The notes under the pieces are model-generated. The model was not told the DNA's origin. It worked only from the letters and a program-made list of their open reading frames with translations, and made no database searches. Source: Trichoplax adhaerens (taxonomy: Eukaryota > Animalia > Placozoa). Taken from it: a DNA stretch of 64,000 nucleotides. This document shows positions 23,854-37,640 of this stretch, piece after piece (the stretch's first letter is position 1; every line of letters begins with the position of its first letter). The position numbers and the translations under genes are program-made. The stretch is from positions 5,679,184 to 5,743,183 of the forward strand of contig NW_002060947.1 in assembly GCF_000150275.1 (NCBI RefSeq). The letters are read 5' to 3'.

Positions 23854-26763
23854 CTAAATGATAAAAGGACATGATAACGTTAGTGAATTTATGCTGACCA
23901 ATAGCTTCATTAGTATGCTATCCAAAGTTTCGTATACTGATTCCATAAATATTATAGCCAAAATAGCATTAATTGCTATACTGGCTATCAATAGCTTTAC
24001 TATTCTTTTGAAGGAGTACTTGGATGTATCTGTAATACATAATTGCATGCAGTTACTTCAAACATGGTACAACTTTATACTAGCAAAATATAAGTATTTA
24101 CTCACTTGGAACTAAGGTCGAAATTGCAGCAATTTCTTTGTTATTCGGACAGTTACTTGTACAACTCCTGGTGTGGTTATCCATATTTTGACCAGATTCA
24201 TATGTTACATTGTTTGCCAAGTTGGTATTAGAATAAAATACTGCAATATTTTAAACGAGAATATTCTAAATTATGTGAAAACTGACAGATTGATTAATTA
24301 TCGCAAATTAAATGAATCATAATTACCATTACGGTATTCAGGCATACGACTTTGACGAGCACCAATATTTAAAGATTCTAAAGAATCAAACAGATTATCA
24401 ACATTGCTTGGTAGTCCATTGTTGAGCATCGAAGATTGTTCTAACTGTGGCATCCAACTCTCGCTTAAACTTGAATCAGACGTGTCGTTAGTATCCGATT
24501 TGGAGTTAAGGCGCCGGAATTTATGCTTTCGCAACCTGGAAATTAAATGGTAAATACTAGATGGATTAAAATAGATTATCCAACGATAATTACCATCTGA
24601 ATAATTTAAAATTAAAATTTATTTAGTATGGTTATAATTACCGATTTTTCGATTTTTCCATCCTTTTGCATAATACAAGCACAAATATTACCGAATTTAG
24701 AATAACGATTACAATACAGCAGATTATCTTAATTAAATATGATACAGTCATGTTGTCAGTCATGTTATCCAGTCTGAGCCAGCTATCCTTTGCATACGCT
24801 ACAATCCATAAGACTAGCGGAATTATTAATACAGCTCTCTTTAACACAATTTGATAAAGTGCGATACCAAAATTAATCATAAAATTAAGCGTAAAGCCAA
24901 TGATATATATATAGGAATCTTCCAAATGGGATGTTACTATACGAGTATCCATTGACCATGACCTATTTTGCGTATAATTACAGACTATTCCCGCTTCAAA
25001 TTTACAGTTAGCTATTATTGTTGACATAGTTTTCGCTAGTAGGAGGCATGAACAAAATAGTACCATAAATTGAATAACAATCATCACTTTCGGCGGTCTT
25101 CTGTTGGTTGGTGCATACTTCTATAATAGTTGTCATTAATGCAAAGACATAAATTTGTTTAATAAAATTACTATTACTTGTATTATGTAGCTTACTAAAT
25201 TCTTGTGTAGATTTAAAACATAAATTATTATTATATCAATATTACTGATAGCATGCACCTTCATCATGCTCTTTTTTAATGATTCTTTCAAAATTTCGGA
25301 CTTTATGAAACGATTTTGTAGTGTTAGATGTCGTTTGACGATACATTGACAACTTTTACATAAGGGATATTGTTTTTCTAGTGCGGCTTTGAATGCTTCA
25401 AATGGTTGATTATTATCATATTTCTTGAAATGAGATTTTACATGATCATTCAGCAATATATTTAAAGAATAGAATTGGAAATAAGCCATCAATAAATTTG
25501 TGTTTCCCTCGTGCTGAGAAAAAGCGGATAAAAATGAATGACTATTGCTATTACCATACGTATGTTCCTGCATACCTCGGGAAATTTGGCAATCTGATTT
25601 ATTATAATCTCTTGCTTCCTGTAGCATTCTATACAAAGTGTTGCTCGCATCGTTAAAGGTGTAGCTGGTTGTTTTACTATCAAGGTAGATAAAATAACTT
25701 AATAATATATGTAGCTCAAAATGCGATAGGAAAATATTAGCAAGGAAAGTATCGTGTAACACAAGCAAGATGGTGATATTTTTTTATGATGATTTCAAGA
25801 TGTACCGTTTGAGCTGTTTCTGTTCATAACTATTGTGTCTGCATATTCGTGATTTCCATTCACCATTTCGTTTATTTCTTTGTTATAACCACCATCCTAG
25901 AAAAAGGTTTTATACAATTCAATGACCGTAGACATACAAGTAGATAAGTTAAGTAAGTGAATATTATAAACTAAATATGCCGAGAAAGCTACAGCGTGTC
26001 AAATTGTTGATTATTTAATATCGATGAAAAGATCTATTTAAAGGATTTACATTATAAAACTGGAAAATTCACTCTAGATATAAATATGATAACCAATATG
26101 ACCATCTATAAGCGGATAAAATGTAACTTACTGCATTAAAGCCATTATATTGAGAGCAAAATTGGCAATACCAACTGTTTCGTTGTGATGTAGCAACCCA
26201 ATTATTGCGATTGCAAAACCAGCAATTGCGTCTCCTCCTATTCCCATCAGAGAGAAGTAATGTTAAAAGGTCATATCATAAGCCTCTAGGAGGTGCTACC
26301 GACCCGAAAGTGCATCTGATAAAAGCAAGCACCAATAGGATAGCTTAATAAGTCAAGGCTATAGTGCTTCGAAGTACTATGGTGGACATGATGATCAATG
26401 TACAGTATTATCGATCTCTAGTAGGTTTGACTAGTGCTAGGTGCAGTAGTTGGTTTGAAATGCAAAGCGTCCTATACTGTACTGGAAATAGCAACTAGCC
26501 CGTCAAAATGGAAGGTTTACAATGGCATTGATTGGCATCAACTTGTAATAGCATCCTCTCTATTTTAAGTACGTAGAACTCCATCCGAAACAGCCATTGC
26601 AATGTAATGAATACTAGTTTAAGAGTAATTTAAATGTACAGTATGGATAGGTTGATCGTACTTACCATGGAAAGATCCAAAATAATGCAAAGAATATTGC
26701 CGGTACACACAGGTAGAATCGAGTCCAGTCCTCATATTGATTGACCATCCAATTTTGGCGCAT
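23854..26763 (-). CDS. TMEM201: Inner nuclear membrane protein TMEM201/Samp1/Ima1-like, multi-exon
   Basis: Exon 26666-26763 (TM helix FYLCVPAIFFALFWIFPW, donor gtaagt) splices in phase to RRRNCWFCNRNN...NSWYCQFCSQYNGFNA|DGGYNKEI. Later come YPLCKSCQCIVKRHL, a multi-TM block (24638-25087), a Ser-rich region and a C-terminal TM exon (23854-~24029). The CxxC pattern matches the Ima1 N-terminal domain. The start codon choice is uncertain. Confidence 0.85.
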
Positions 26764-28882
26764 GAAATGCCAGAATTGATGTAGTAAATCGAGAAGATTG
26801 ATCGCACTACTAGGAACGTAGTCGTTCATACTGTTTATGATCGGAAAGTAAATCATTCCAGTCTAATCGATAGCACAGCACAGGCTCAATCTTTAAACAC
26901 TAATAAGAATAATTAAGCAATCCTAATTAGAAAAGAGTGCCAGTAAACCTGCAGCCACTATCCAATCAGCATCCTTAGAGTCATGGTCATTGAACAAGGT
27001 AATGGAATGATCGAGTGAGAGATTAATAACCAATTCCCTGAAAGTATGATGGCAAAAGCCACCAAAATTGGCTTATCTTGATCAACTATGATTGCCCTTT
27101 TATCGCTAATGATGGATTTTGACTTAATATAACTTTAATTTTGGCAAGGCCAGCATGGGTTATCGCGTGACATGTTGATACGTCCTCTAATCCAATGACG
27201 GAATATCGTCAAGAATGCAATTTGCTGAGGGTGTCCACAACGTCCGTACGTCTGAGCTTCTGCCTTGAACGATTTGCACAGTCTTGTGTTTCAAGTAAGT
27301 GGTCAGTCAATATTATTTCTTGAGAGAAAGGAGGACCAGAGAGGGAAATGGATTACTAAATCGCAAGATGATGGTATTTCCTACCGAGATGAAAGCTTTC
27401 CTTGCCTTTTTGGTATTACAGAGCTGTGTTACCGTTGAAATTGAATATTGCTATGATTCAATTCAGATGGCCAAATACGATGGTAGTCGTGAGTTCGATA
27501 CTCTTCAGTGTACACCATAGTACAGTACTGTAATCTAGAAGGTCTAGTGGTGTATGGGATGAGCTCGATTTACCCATCCAGTATGGTATGCAATGTAGAC
27601 TATCTTTTAGGCAAAATGTATACTGTACTGTATTCTATGATGTGCCTGATCCATTAAACTGCTGTCATGGTTGAGAACAACTTGACACTGAGCTATCCTC
27701 ATTCATTCATGATAGACAGAAAGTTATGGATAATCGCCAAAGGGATCAATTCCATTCTTAATTGATTGATAAATGAATAATTCATAAGCAATGGAAACGG
27801 ATGCTTGCAACAACATAGCTCCGCTCTTCAATTGGCATGATTGGTATGACCGTAGAATGAATGGAAGTTTTAGTACATTGCTTGATGTGAGCCACCGTAT
27901 CAAACCGTTTCAACTACAGTCGATTTAAAGTGTGGGCAAAGTAAAATGAACACTTTCAATCTAGTTTCAACGGCCTGACTTGAGTAGAACAATAATGTAG
28001 AAGATTTGATGAATGTAAAATGCGCAGTGAACAAGGCAGGCAGCCATCCACCATTCCTGTATGTAATATTATTGCCCACTTCCCCACTAATCATGTACAG
28101 TTGTACACTAATATACCGTCGATCATGATGATAATGCGTACGCAACTGGAACAATAACGTCATCCAACTAGAACCGTACTAGGTCACAATCTGTTATTTA
28201 ATTATGTTCTACACTGTCTCTATCGATTTATAGAGATAGACATAGATAGATACATCAGAGCATATTGGGTTCTGAATCCTTTTCTCTTTGTAGCAGTCTC
28301 TCTCTCTCTTAGGCGTACTTGCAGTAATCCAGTTCTCTTTTCTGAAACATCTCTCTCTCTCTCGTCTCAGTCTCGAAGCACAGTACATACTGTAGCGAGA
28401 TGTGTACATTGTACTGTAAGACGAATCTTGTAATACTGTACTAGTACTGTAATATTTGTATGAGTAAAAGGAAAAGGACTGACTGCAAATGCGTCGATCA
28501 CCTAGGAAAGATGAAACTTGATGAGAGTCAAGTACAGCACTGTCAGAGTTCGGAGTGACGTAATGGAATGACCATAGTGCGACTGACCTGCGACCACCAG
28601 GACTACAGTACACTACTGTACAGTACTGCACTCTCCTAGTAGACTGTACTGTACACTGTACACGGTGGTTGTTGTTGTTGGACGGATTGTAGAAGGAACC
28701 AAAATTCTTCTTCCATTTTTCTGCCTGTGAATAACAAAATTGATTTTATTCCAACCAAGTAACTACAAGACAACATCCCCTACTGCAAGCGACAGATAGA
28801 CAAGCGTAAATTAGCTGTCACATTGATCGATCTATTCAAGCTTTCGTTACTGTAGAAAGGATTAATCGCCATCGATGTGGAC

Positions 28883-31800
28883 ATGGTCCAAGTTACAATT
28901 GATGAATGCATCAGCAAAGCAAGTGTCACTAGGCTTGATTTCTATAATTTTCTTTGACTTTGGATATAGAAAATAACGATGGATTCGTGAATAATCTTAA
29001 TTTTCTTCCTTTTTCAATATCAACGGTATACGTGCATGGAGTAGAAATTAACCCAATCCAGTGATGACCATTTTGGTTTATTGTACGGATTGATCAATCA
29101 GCAAAATGTTTTTATTTTGGGCTGCGCCAAATGTAATTCATTGACTGGCGTTACTTCTCCCGATTGGAAGTTATGCTTAAAGAAAATCCAACCATTTCTA
29201 CCTGGAGGTCAGATTATACTACAATTGCAATAATCAAGCTATTCAATAGTGTGGAAATGGTCAGATCGATTACAATAGTGTACAGGACTTGAAATGCCTG
29301 CTTCGCAGTCTACGTATCAAAGATAGTGTAGCTTACCGGTCTTTATGATGACAATATATTCAAATCTCTTCGGCTTTTCATCTTATTGAAATATTTTATA
29401 ACTGGTTGCAATGTTGTTGTATCATGCTGAATGTTTTAGCCTTGATTCATTGTTCTTATTAGGAATTTCAGTATGCGGAATCTTTCTAGCCAAAGGGAAT
29501 AATGATCAAACTTTAACAGAAACGTGCAAAAAAAATCTCAAGCTGCTAGTAGACACCAAGGTAAATTACTGCAATCTTTTACGTATCATTCTACTATAGC
29601 CCAGTTAATTAAATTAATGACAAAGATAGCAAGAGTTGAAAGGTTGAATGGCCAGATTTTATCAGTTGTCGCTTAACCGACATCAAAAATAATATCAATT
29701 CTATTGGCACTTTATGATGCAATACTATTGACTTATTAGCTTGTAGACAATTCAGAATTACTGGTTGGCATTGTTGTGGATGGTAAAAGCGAAATCGATA
29801 AAGTTATGATACACAACTCGGATCAACGGATAGCAGTGGATACTCAATTCAAATTAGTGGAACATTTGCAGGATAAACTACTCAATTTTAGAATAAAAGT
29901 AGACATTCCTGTGTACTTCAGCCCTTATAACAGTTAAGTAGTGCATATTAGTGTAATTTTCGCCCTGGTCAAATGAAATTCTAACGATAAAATACTGCTA
30001 CAGTAATATTTCAATCTTATTATAGTATTATTAATCATAAATTTTATCCAATACACTTAGAGGAAAGCATTGAACGCGAAATGAGCAGGTTAAGGCAGAT
30101 TGTAACAAGTCAAAGAAATTGCTATTTTATTCGGGACTGGCAGCTTATGCTGTCGTGTAATTCGGATGCAACTTGTGATAGTGCTAAAACATGCCGAGAT
30201 TTTATTAAAAATCAACCCAAATCGGCTGATAATCCGGTAAATTTTATATGCCATCAATGAAACTTATAAAATTTTACATGCACTGTAATTATACGATGAC
30301 GATGAAACTGATAACGTCATTTTCGTCCCTTCAATAGTCACTGAAAAGGATTGACGTGGAATTATTACAAAAAACCACTGATCGCTCATCAAATTTGCAC
30401 AGTCCCATACTGGACTGTGAAGTATTATTATCAAGTATGTGCAAATATACTTTACTATTTAATTTCATAATATACTAGTGTTATAGTCAATATTAGCTTG
30501 TAGTACAGCAGATCTTGATTATATTTTTTAACCTTTCTATTAGATAACTGCAAACTTCATGAAATCATGCTATCCATTGAAATTCTAGTTTTGTACTTCA
30601 GAGATACTGGTGTAAAGCACTTAGCTAAACTATTTACAGATGCGATATTAATCCAACTGGATGAAGTGAAAAATTTACTCCAAGATGTTAGCTATACTAA
30701 GCTAGAATTTTACTATTACTAAATGGCGTCATTTTGGGGGAATTCCATACTTAATTTTCCCAATTTTAATTAGAATAATAGAAATCCAAACCATGCTATT
30801 CCGGAAGTCTTTCAGTATGTGCTTCCTGACAGTAATTGCCCAATTATGGTCATGTATCCAAACTTACAAATTAATGGTGAATTGGTTGCAGAAGAAACAC
30901 TAGGTTATTTTTTACACAGTAGAAACGATCAATTTCAATCAATATAAAAGCCGTTAATAGGACTAGACGTCAATACGTGCTTACTCTTACAGTATCATCG
31001 TAATGTATTAATGCACCCTATATCTCTTTTTTAACCCCCAAAGAGGACTACCGTAGACATTTACATATGATGTTTTGTCTGCCGGATAATAAACCGTTAC
31101 TAAAGCGAGCAAATTCCTATCAATATCGCAGTCAGTTTAAAGGTGATGAGTGCTTTCTAACTTGTAAATTCTGTAACGCGGAAAGTCAATAAGAATTAAA
31201 TCTTGTTAATCTATCCTATGTGTATTTTGATATTACTATATTTAGACGGACATCTAGTTAATACTCACGAAGGGCTTTCTATGCCAAAAGGTTTGTATAT
31301 ATACACTGTTTACGAAATTTTAATTTTACAAACTATTATCCTAATGTGAATTTTTGTTATCTGACGTAGGTGATGGCACGCAAATTGCTCTAGTAGATGG
31401 ATGCTACTCTTACTTTCATTATATGCAGGATAATATCAATGATGATGTAAGAAATGCCTTCCGCGGCGACGATTCTATACTTCTTATTAGCTTTACTTGT
31501 ACGAGGATACGAGCAGCATCATTATTATTAAAGTTGTAATTTTTTTCTTAGCAATGGGGGTGTGCCTATCGTTCATTTCAAACCCTCTATTCTTGGTTTA
31601 GATACCAAGGTTATACAGATAAGGCAACACCAATGCATAAGGATATCCAGCAAGTAAGAAAATCTATTCAGTGACTATTATGCAAGGTTCTCTTTAGACT
31701 TATACTCATGAACAGTAATCCTATTATCGACTTGTTTGTAGGCTTTATGTGATGTTGGTGATAAGCCGTCAACTTTTGTTGGATCTAAAAAGTGGATAGG

Positions 31801-32703
31801 CTCGTACGAAGTTAGCATCTGCTTAGACCATTTCTTAAATGTACGTGAAATCTAGGAGTATAGATTTAAGTTAGAGCTTTAAGAAAGCGACAGCGGTTTA
31901 ATCTTAAATAAGTTTACGATAGCTTATTTGTTGTCAGTATGTATATACATATATATTATTATGCTTTGAAATATTAGGTTTCAAGTAGAATTGTATGCGT
32001 TAGTTCTGGAGCAGAACTACCGCAGAAAGCTCGAGAACTCGTCAGTCATTTTCAAAGTGAAGGTACTCCAATCATGATAGGTATGAAATTTGTTGTTAAC
32101 ATTTACACCAACAATGACTTATTTTAGTTATAATATGCGTATAAGGATTCTTATGGTGATCTCTATTATATGTAGGTGGCGGTGTTTTAGCACATACAAT
32201 TTTAGGAATTTCCTTTAATGAAATTACAGGAGAAGTGAAATTTCTTATATTGGATCCGCACTACACTGGAAGAGATGATTTAAAAACCATACATTCCAAG
32301 GTTAGGTTATAGCACAAATTGCAAACTATTTTCAGCGAATATGCGTAAATGTGACTATTTCAATTTAGACAATTAAAGCGTTTTCTGTCATTTACAGTAT
32401 ATACGATATATCTTTCATGCGTAATCGTATCGTGTAATCCGTCTATTATAGGGATGGTGTGGATGGAAAGGACCGAACTTTTGGGATCAACGAGTAAGTT
32501 TAAATTTCTATTTACAGATAGTAATGTGAGATTAGTCGTGTCTATTCAAAGAAAAATTGGAAAGCGCTATAAAATTTTCAAACACAGAATTTTCGTGATT
32601 TATGGAGCATTTAATACTTAATTTTTATTTTACCCCTGCTATCTTTTATACTTCGTAGGCAAACTACAACCTTTGTCTTCCAATGACACCATCAATGGTT
32701 TAG
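28883..32703 (+). CDS. UFSP2: Ufm1-specific protease 2 (peptidase C78) with a long N-terminal extension, multi-exon
   Basis: [14 protein letters not shown]|[47 protein letters not shown]|[11 protein letters not shown]...[10 protein letters not shown] and [11 protein letters not shown]...YNLCLP contain the catalytic Cys and the Asp-Pro-His box. The stop TAG is at 32701-32703. Confidence 0.93.
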
Positions 32704-34008
32704 TCTGAGTTCATCCGTATATTTAATATATTCAATAAATGTTTTAAACCTAAGTGCCGGTATTCATTTGAATCAAACGTCGTTTTCTACGTTCAGGTAT
32801 AAACTGTTTAAGAAATAGAACCAGTGAGCAGATCAAGTGATGATGTAACATTATACACTACACCATCTTGTCTATAGTCAGCGCCCTTGGAATGCAACTA
32901 CAGTAACCGCCGTAAATGATTAAATTCTAAAATTTCTTTCTATATATCCAAGATCATAGCCATCAAGTTGGTGCACCGCGCACTTATAGTGCCGGTTACA
33001 AACGGGGACATTCAAATACTTCGATTAACCTTTGCAGCCGTTGTTAATTAGCTTAAAATCTTATTTCACTGTACCTAGAGTACAATACGTTTCGATATTA
33101 ACTGAATGTCATGCGAATGAGTAGGAAAAAACTTGCTATTGAAACGGAAAGAATTATTATAGTCCATTAGGTTGCCGCTACTATTGCAAAAAACTAACAT
33201 TTATTAATGTTTTCGCTGGACAACTTACGTAGTCACAAGTAAACAACGTATTGGTGACTTAAAAAAATCCATTAGAATAGAATACGAGTACTCTCTGAAC
33301 AAGTTGAAGTGGCATTTGTAATAATTAAGTCAAAATGATTCTAATGTATTTAATATACATAGATACGTATATACGGTATAGACTTTATGCACATATTCTC
33401 TCTGTCTATATAAGGTACTGTATCTATATACATATACTTTTACAGTAACATGACTAGGACAAATCATTACATAATCTAATTAACGTTAGCGTCAATTACA
33501 AAAAAGTCGTATAAAAACACTACACAATCTCAGTTGATCTATGCTGGCATGAATACTAAGTACACATATGATAACAGTAGCAAAAGCTTGTAACTGCTAG
33601 CAGTAAGAGAGAGAACTATAGTACATCATGCTCACGATCACGTTGTGCGTGTTCATGATAAACTTTTTGTATAAATTTAATTTAAACCTTGCCAAAATGT
33701 ATACATGTAACAATCTTATCATTATACTATTAACATAGATGAGCACGACACAGACTAACATCCTTGTTCGGCGCATAGTTAAATTAAGATGAATATAATA
33801 CAAGAGACTTGAACCTATTTCTGTTATCGTGATAAAACTTGAATACAGTAATAGTTATTTCCTTGATAGTGCATACTATTCAAATTACTTTACAATTGAT
33901 ACAGTAATCATCTGGAGTTGTAACTTTGCTAGAATAATTAATTGATTGCAATAGAAAATAAGCAGGATGATCAAATAATTCAGAAATAGGTTAAATAATA
34001 ATGATATA

Positions 34009-36974
34009 TTATTCGTTCATCCAACTTTCTTCTACTATAGCAGAAACTTTCTTTTCATATTCACGTTTATTCTGCTGATATAATTGGGCAGCTAGGCTGT
34101 TTGCAGGACTATTAGGATTAGGTTCATCTAAAAGAGACTGGATCAACAAAATAAATAGTTATTACGGATTGATGCATAGAAAACGTCTCTAAACGTTGAC
34201 CAACGTGTACAACAGAGAATGTGAAATGATCAGGCTTTAAAGTTACTTAGCTTACTTGTATCGAAGTGAGGATAGCTGACACATCATATGTAGGACTCCA
34301 TCTATTTTGTAATATATCTAGGCATATCCCGCCGTCCGCATAAACTACAATTAAGAATATGTAGCAAGGCATGAATTCGCGATAGCTTTGTTTACAGTCG
34401 TCAATACACTTTAACGTTAGGTGTATCAAGTATTTTTCCTTGGTTGCAGACATTGAACTTGTAAACAAATCTTCACAGTATTTACGCAACATCGCTTTAA
34501 AGTCTTACCATTAGGATGAAACATTTTGGAGACAAATCTAACTGCGGGAGGTTTGTTAGGATAATCTTCCGTAAACCGAATCGTTAATTTAAAGGTACCT
34601 ATAGCCATTCCGAATCGGCGTGGATAATCATGACAGATAAAAGTAATAAATAAGTTTACGAATACCGAAAATTCAACATCGCTATGACATTTTAATAGAT
34701 AGTCAACTGGTGTTCAAAGGAAGTGGTAAAAAACTTTAGCAGTTGCGTTGGTATTACAATCTTTTCAATTTATGAACTAACCGTCTTCAAAAGGTGTATC
34801 ATGAGGTCTATAAGCGAGGTCCATCGTATATCCATTTCGATATATGAAAATAAAGATATAATATACAGTATCTTAGAATTTGCCTGGCATGATTTAAAAA
34901 TGTTGATAAGAGTACTCGTACTGCTTGGACTAGCTTTCATGGGTATTTATACAGTAATAGCTCACTGGCTAACATTCTTATTGATATATCATGTCAAGTA
35001 TAGAATCATTCGTTGGGGGACGGTATCCCTACTCTACAAGTGCGTCAATCATTACCCAAATATGACCGCATTCCAAATTAAAATATTGTCTTCGGTAGGA
35101 GCTCCGCTTACACCTGCTGGTGGATCTTCTTGTAATCTAGTTTGATGGGATGAAGAAAAAAAAGTAGCGATATCCGTTAAGTGTAAGCTATTTTTGAAAT
35201 GCATTTTAAGAGTTCATGTCCTATCTACATCACATGAAATCCATGAAATGGTGCTTTCTAGTTACACACCCTAGCTATCATTGCCTATTGCTATAACTCA
35301 ATCCCTCATTCATTATAGCTGGTACAGGATAATTCCATTACGGTAAGCGCACTTTCTGAGGGATAAAGCGATGTAAAAAGCGGAGTGAAACAATTATTGA
35401 TGACAGTGGCAACTATTGTAAATCATTGCAATTAGGAAATTGATTATCATGAACTCCATCCAAGGATATTACTACAGTAGGTTATTTCACACGTAATACT
35501 ACAAATTTGGATGATGGAAGTCCGATATCACTAGGCACCGTAGTACGCGTCGGTGTTAAACGAGACTTTGGAACGTTTATCCTCTATCCACTCAGATGCA
35601 TGATGACAGCATTGAAACACTCTCCAAAGCGTTGATATGCTATACATCATGATGGACTTGAACTGTCATATTTAATTTGGATACAGTACAAGATCGAAGA
35701 AGAATCGTTGGCGTTGCCAGGGACTACTATGGTGCTGCTGATATCAAACTGATACTGTATCATCGCCAACGTCACTCCTTCCTTTCAAGCACTACAGTAA
35801 GACATGTCCAAGGTGATGTTGTTCACGACTGGCAGTCCATTAGCGACTCCTCTCTCATTATTTCTGTTATAGTCCATCCAACTCCAACTGCATTATCGCC
35901 AACCTCACTGTACACTGTATAGTTACTCAAGATTACCAAGTCCTTACTTTTAGGTACAACAGTAAGCCATGTCAAGGCTTTATCTTGTTGACTCCTGTAA
36001 AGTTGATCAGCGACTGCTGTTCTTTTTCTTCGCCAACGTCACTGTGCACTGTCGTATACAGTATCGTTACTCAAGATTGCAAAGCCCTTCCTTTCATCCT
36101 GTACAGTAAAACATGTCTAGGCTTATCTTGTTCACTCCTCCAAGTCTATCAGCGATTCCTCTCTCTCCTTTTTCTAGCATAGTCTGCGAAAGAGGATAAA
36201 ACTGGAGACTTTTCGACCTATTCTACGTCCATGGATTACTAGAAAATTGTCCAATTTTCGAATCATTGATGGTATCCATGGTAGTCACAGTCAAGCAATA
36301 CAGCAAGTTGAAATGACTAGCAGCAAGCCACTACACGCGCATGCCCCAATGTGCTGCGTCAGTCTACGTGATACGACCTACTAGGGTACGGAAACTGAAA
36401 CGGTACGGTACCACTTTGTACTGTACAGTACAGTAAGTATCACAGCTCTACCCGTCCTCAACCATAGTATAGCTACGGAAGACGCAGCTACGGACTGTAT
36501 TGTACTCTAGTGTAACTTGTCTATCATCCACTGCATACAATCTTGTACAGCCAGCTAGAATGGTTGTACAAATTGAATAAGACTTTGGCTCCTGCAGTGC
36601 CATATAAAACGTGAAAACTTCATGGTCGATGACAAACTTGATTAGGCCGCTCTTCTTTTACTTATTGATCTTCATTTTAGAAGTTATGTCATCACTAGGA
36701 ATAATTCTCCACTATACAGCACTATCAACGAGTTTCGATACTTGAAACCGATGATGCAAGTACCATTTTCATTATCCGTAGCAATGTAAATTACTGAATA
36801 AGGTCGATGGGAAATAGTGGGTAGACAAACATGAAAAGACAGTATCAACGCGCTACAACAGTCAATGGATTTCAATCTAGGTTTATGTTTAATCATTCCT
36901 TTCAATCCAATACTGTATTGCTGTACTTACTTTTTAAAGTCTCTCATTAATCGTCTTCTTGCTGGTGTCGACAT
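34009..36974 (-). CDS. UBE2A: Ubiquitin-conjugating enzyme E2 A/B (RAD6), 152 aa; exons 36931-36974, 35056-35136, 34782-34807, 34509-34598, 34256-34344, 34009-34137
   Basis: [27 protein letters not shown]...[20 protein letters not shown]...[39 protein letters not shown]...[14 protein letters not shown]. The exon lengths 44+81+26+90+89+129 sum to 459 nt. Confidence 0.97.
35760..36180. repeat. Degenerate tandem repeat (~3 copies, ~130-150 bp) in UBE2A intron 1
   Basis: cgccaac(g/c)tcact ... acagtaa(g/a)(a/c)catgtc ... agcga(c/t)t recurs at ~35764, ~35897 and ~36031. Confidence 0.7.
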
Positions 36975-37052
36975 GGTGAACTTGTCTACTAGGCTATATC
37001 ACTGTTGTCGTCCGTATGTTGAATGTGGATGTTGTGTTATTACTTTACACGT

Positions 37053-37079
37053 AGAGAGAGAGAGAGAGAGAGAGAGAGA
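37053..37079. repeat. (GA)n microsatellite just upstream of the UBE2A start
   Basis: About 13 uninterrupted AG dinucleotides. Confidence 0.95.
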
Positions 37080-37640
37080 CAACTTGATGATGAGAAATCG
37101 AGGGGCTAAACCAACCAGATTGATTAATAATGGTCCAATTTTCTTACAAGTTATCACTGGCTACCTTGATCGTTACTTCACCAGCAATCAGCAGGCCAGA
37201 GGAAAGCCAAGAGTCTTTCCACTTTTAATGATCAATATTAAAGAACATCGACGTCGACACAGGGACCCTATCGATTTGGGATGATGTTGGTCTTACAGTA
37301 CGCTACAGTATTTCCCCAACTGCTGTACCGTACAGTACTAGGATAGGAGATTGAGGAGATGCCTTGATCAAGCCACTGAAACAGGAGCACAGATACTCTA
37401 CTGTACACTGTACAGTACAGTATCTGCATTTCCAAGCTATACAGCTCAAAGGAAAATTCTTAGCTCACTCTTTCGGACCGAGCTACAGTCCGCAGAAAGG
37501 ACTTCTACAGTAGGATACTGTAGGACAACAAACTTTGCACTGCACAATATACAGTACAGTACTGCAATGCTGTAATACTGTACAGTGTACAGTACTGTAC
37601 AGTCATGACTTACTGTACTGTACAGTACAGTACTGTAGCC

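Noticed and set aside
26304-26389. Apparent TMEM201 first exon with an in-frame TAA (MSTIVLRSTIALTY*AILLVLAF), suggesting a nonsense allele or read-through
   Set aside because: A better exon at 26666-26763 has an open frame, a TM helix and a gtaagt donor, and it splices in phase to the CWFC exon.
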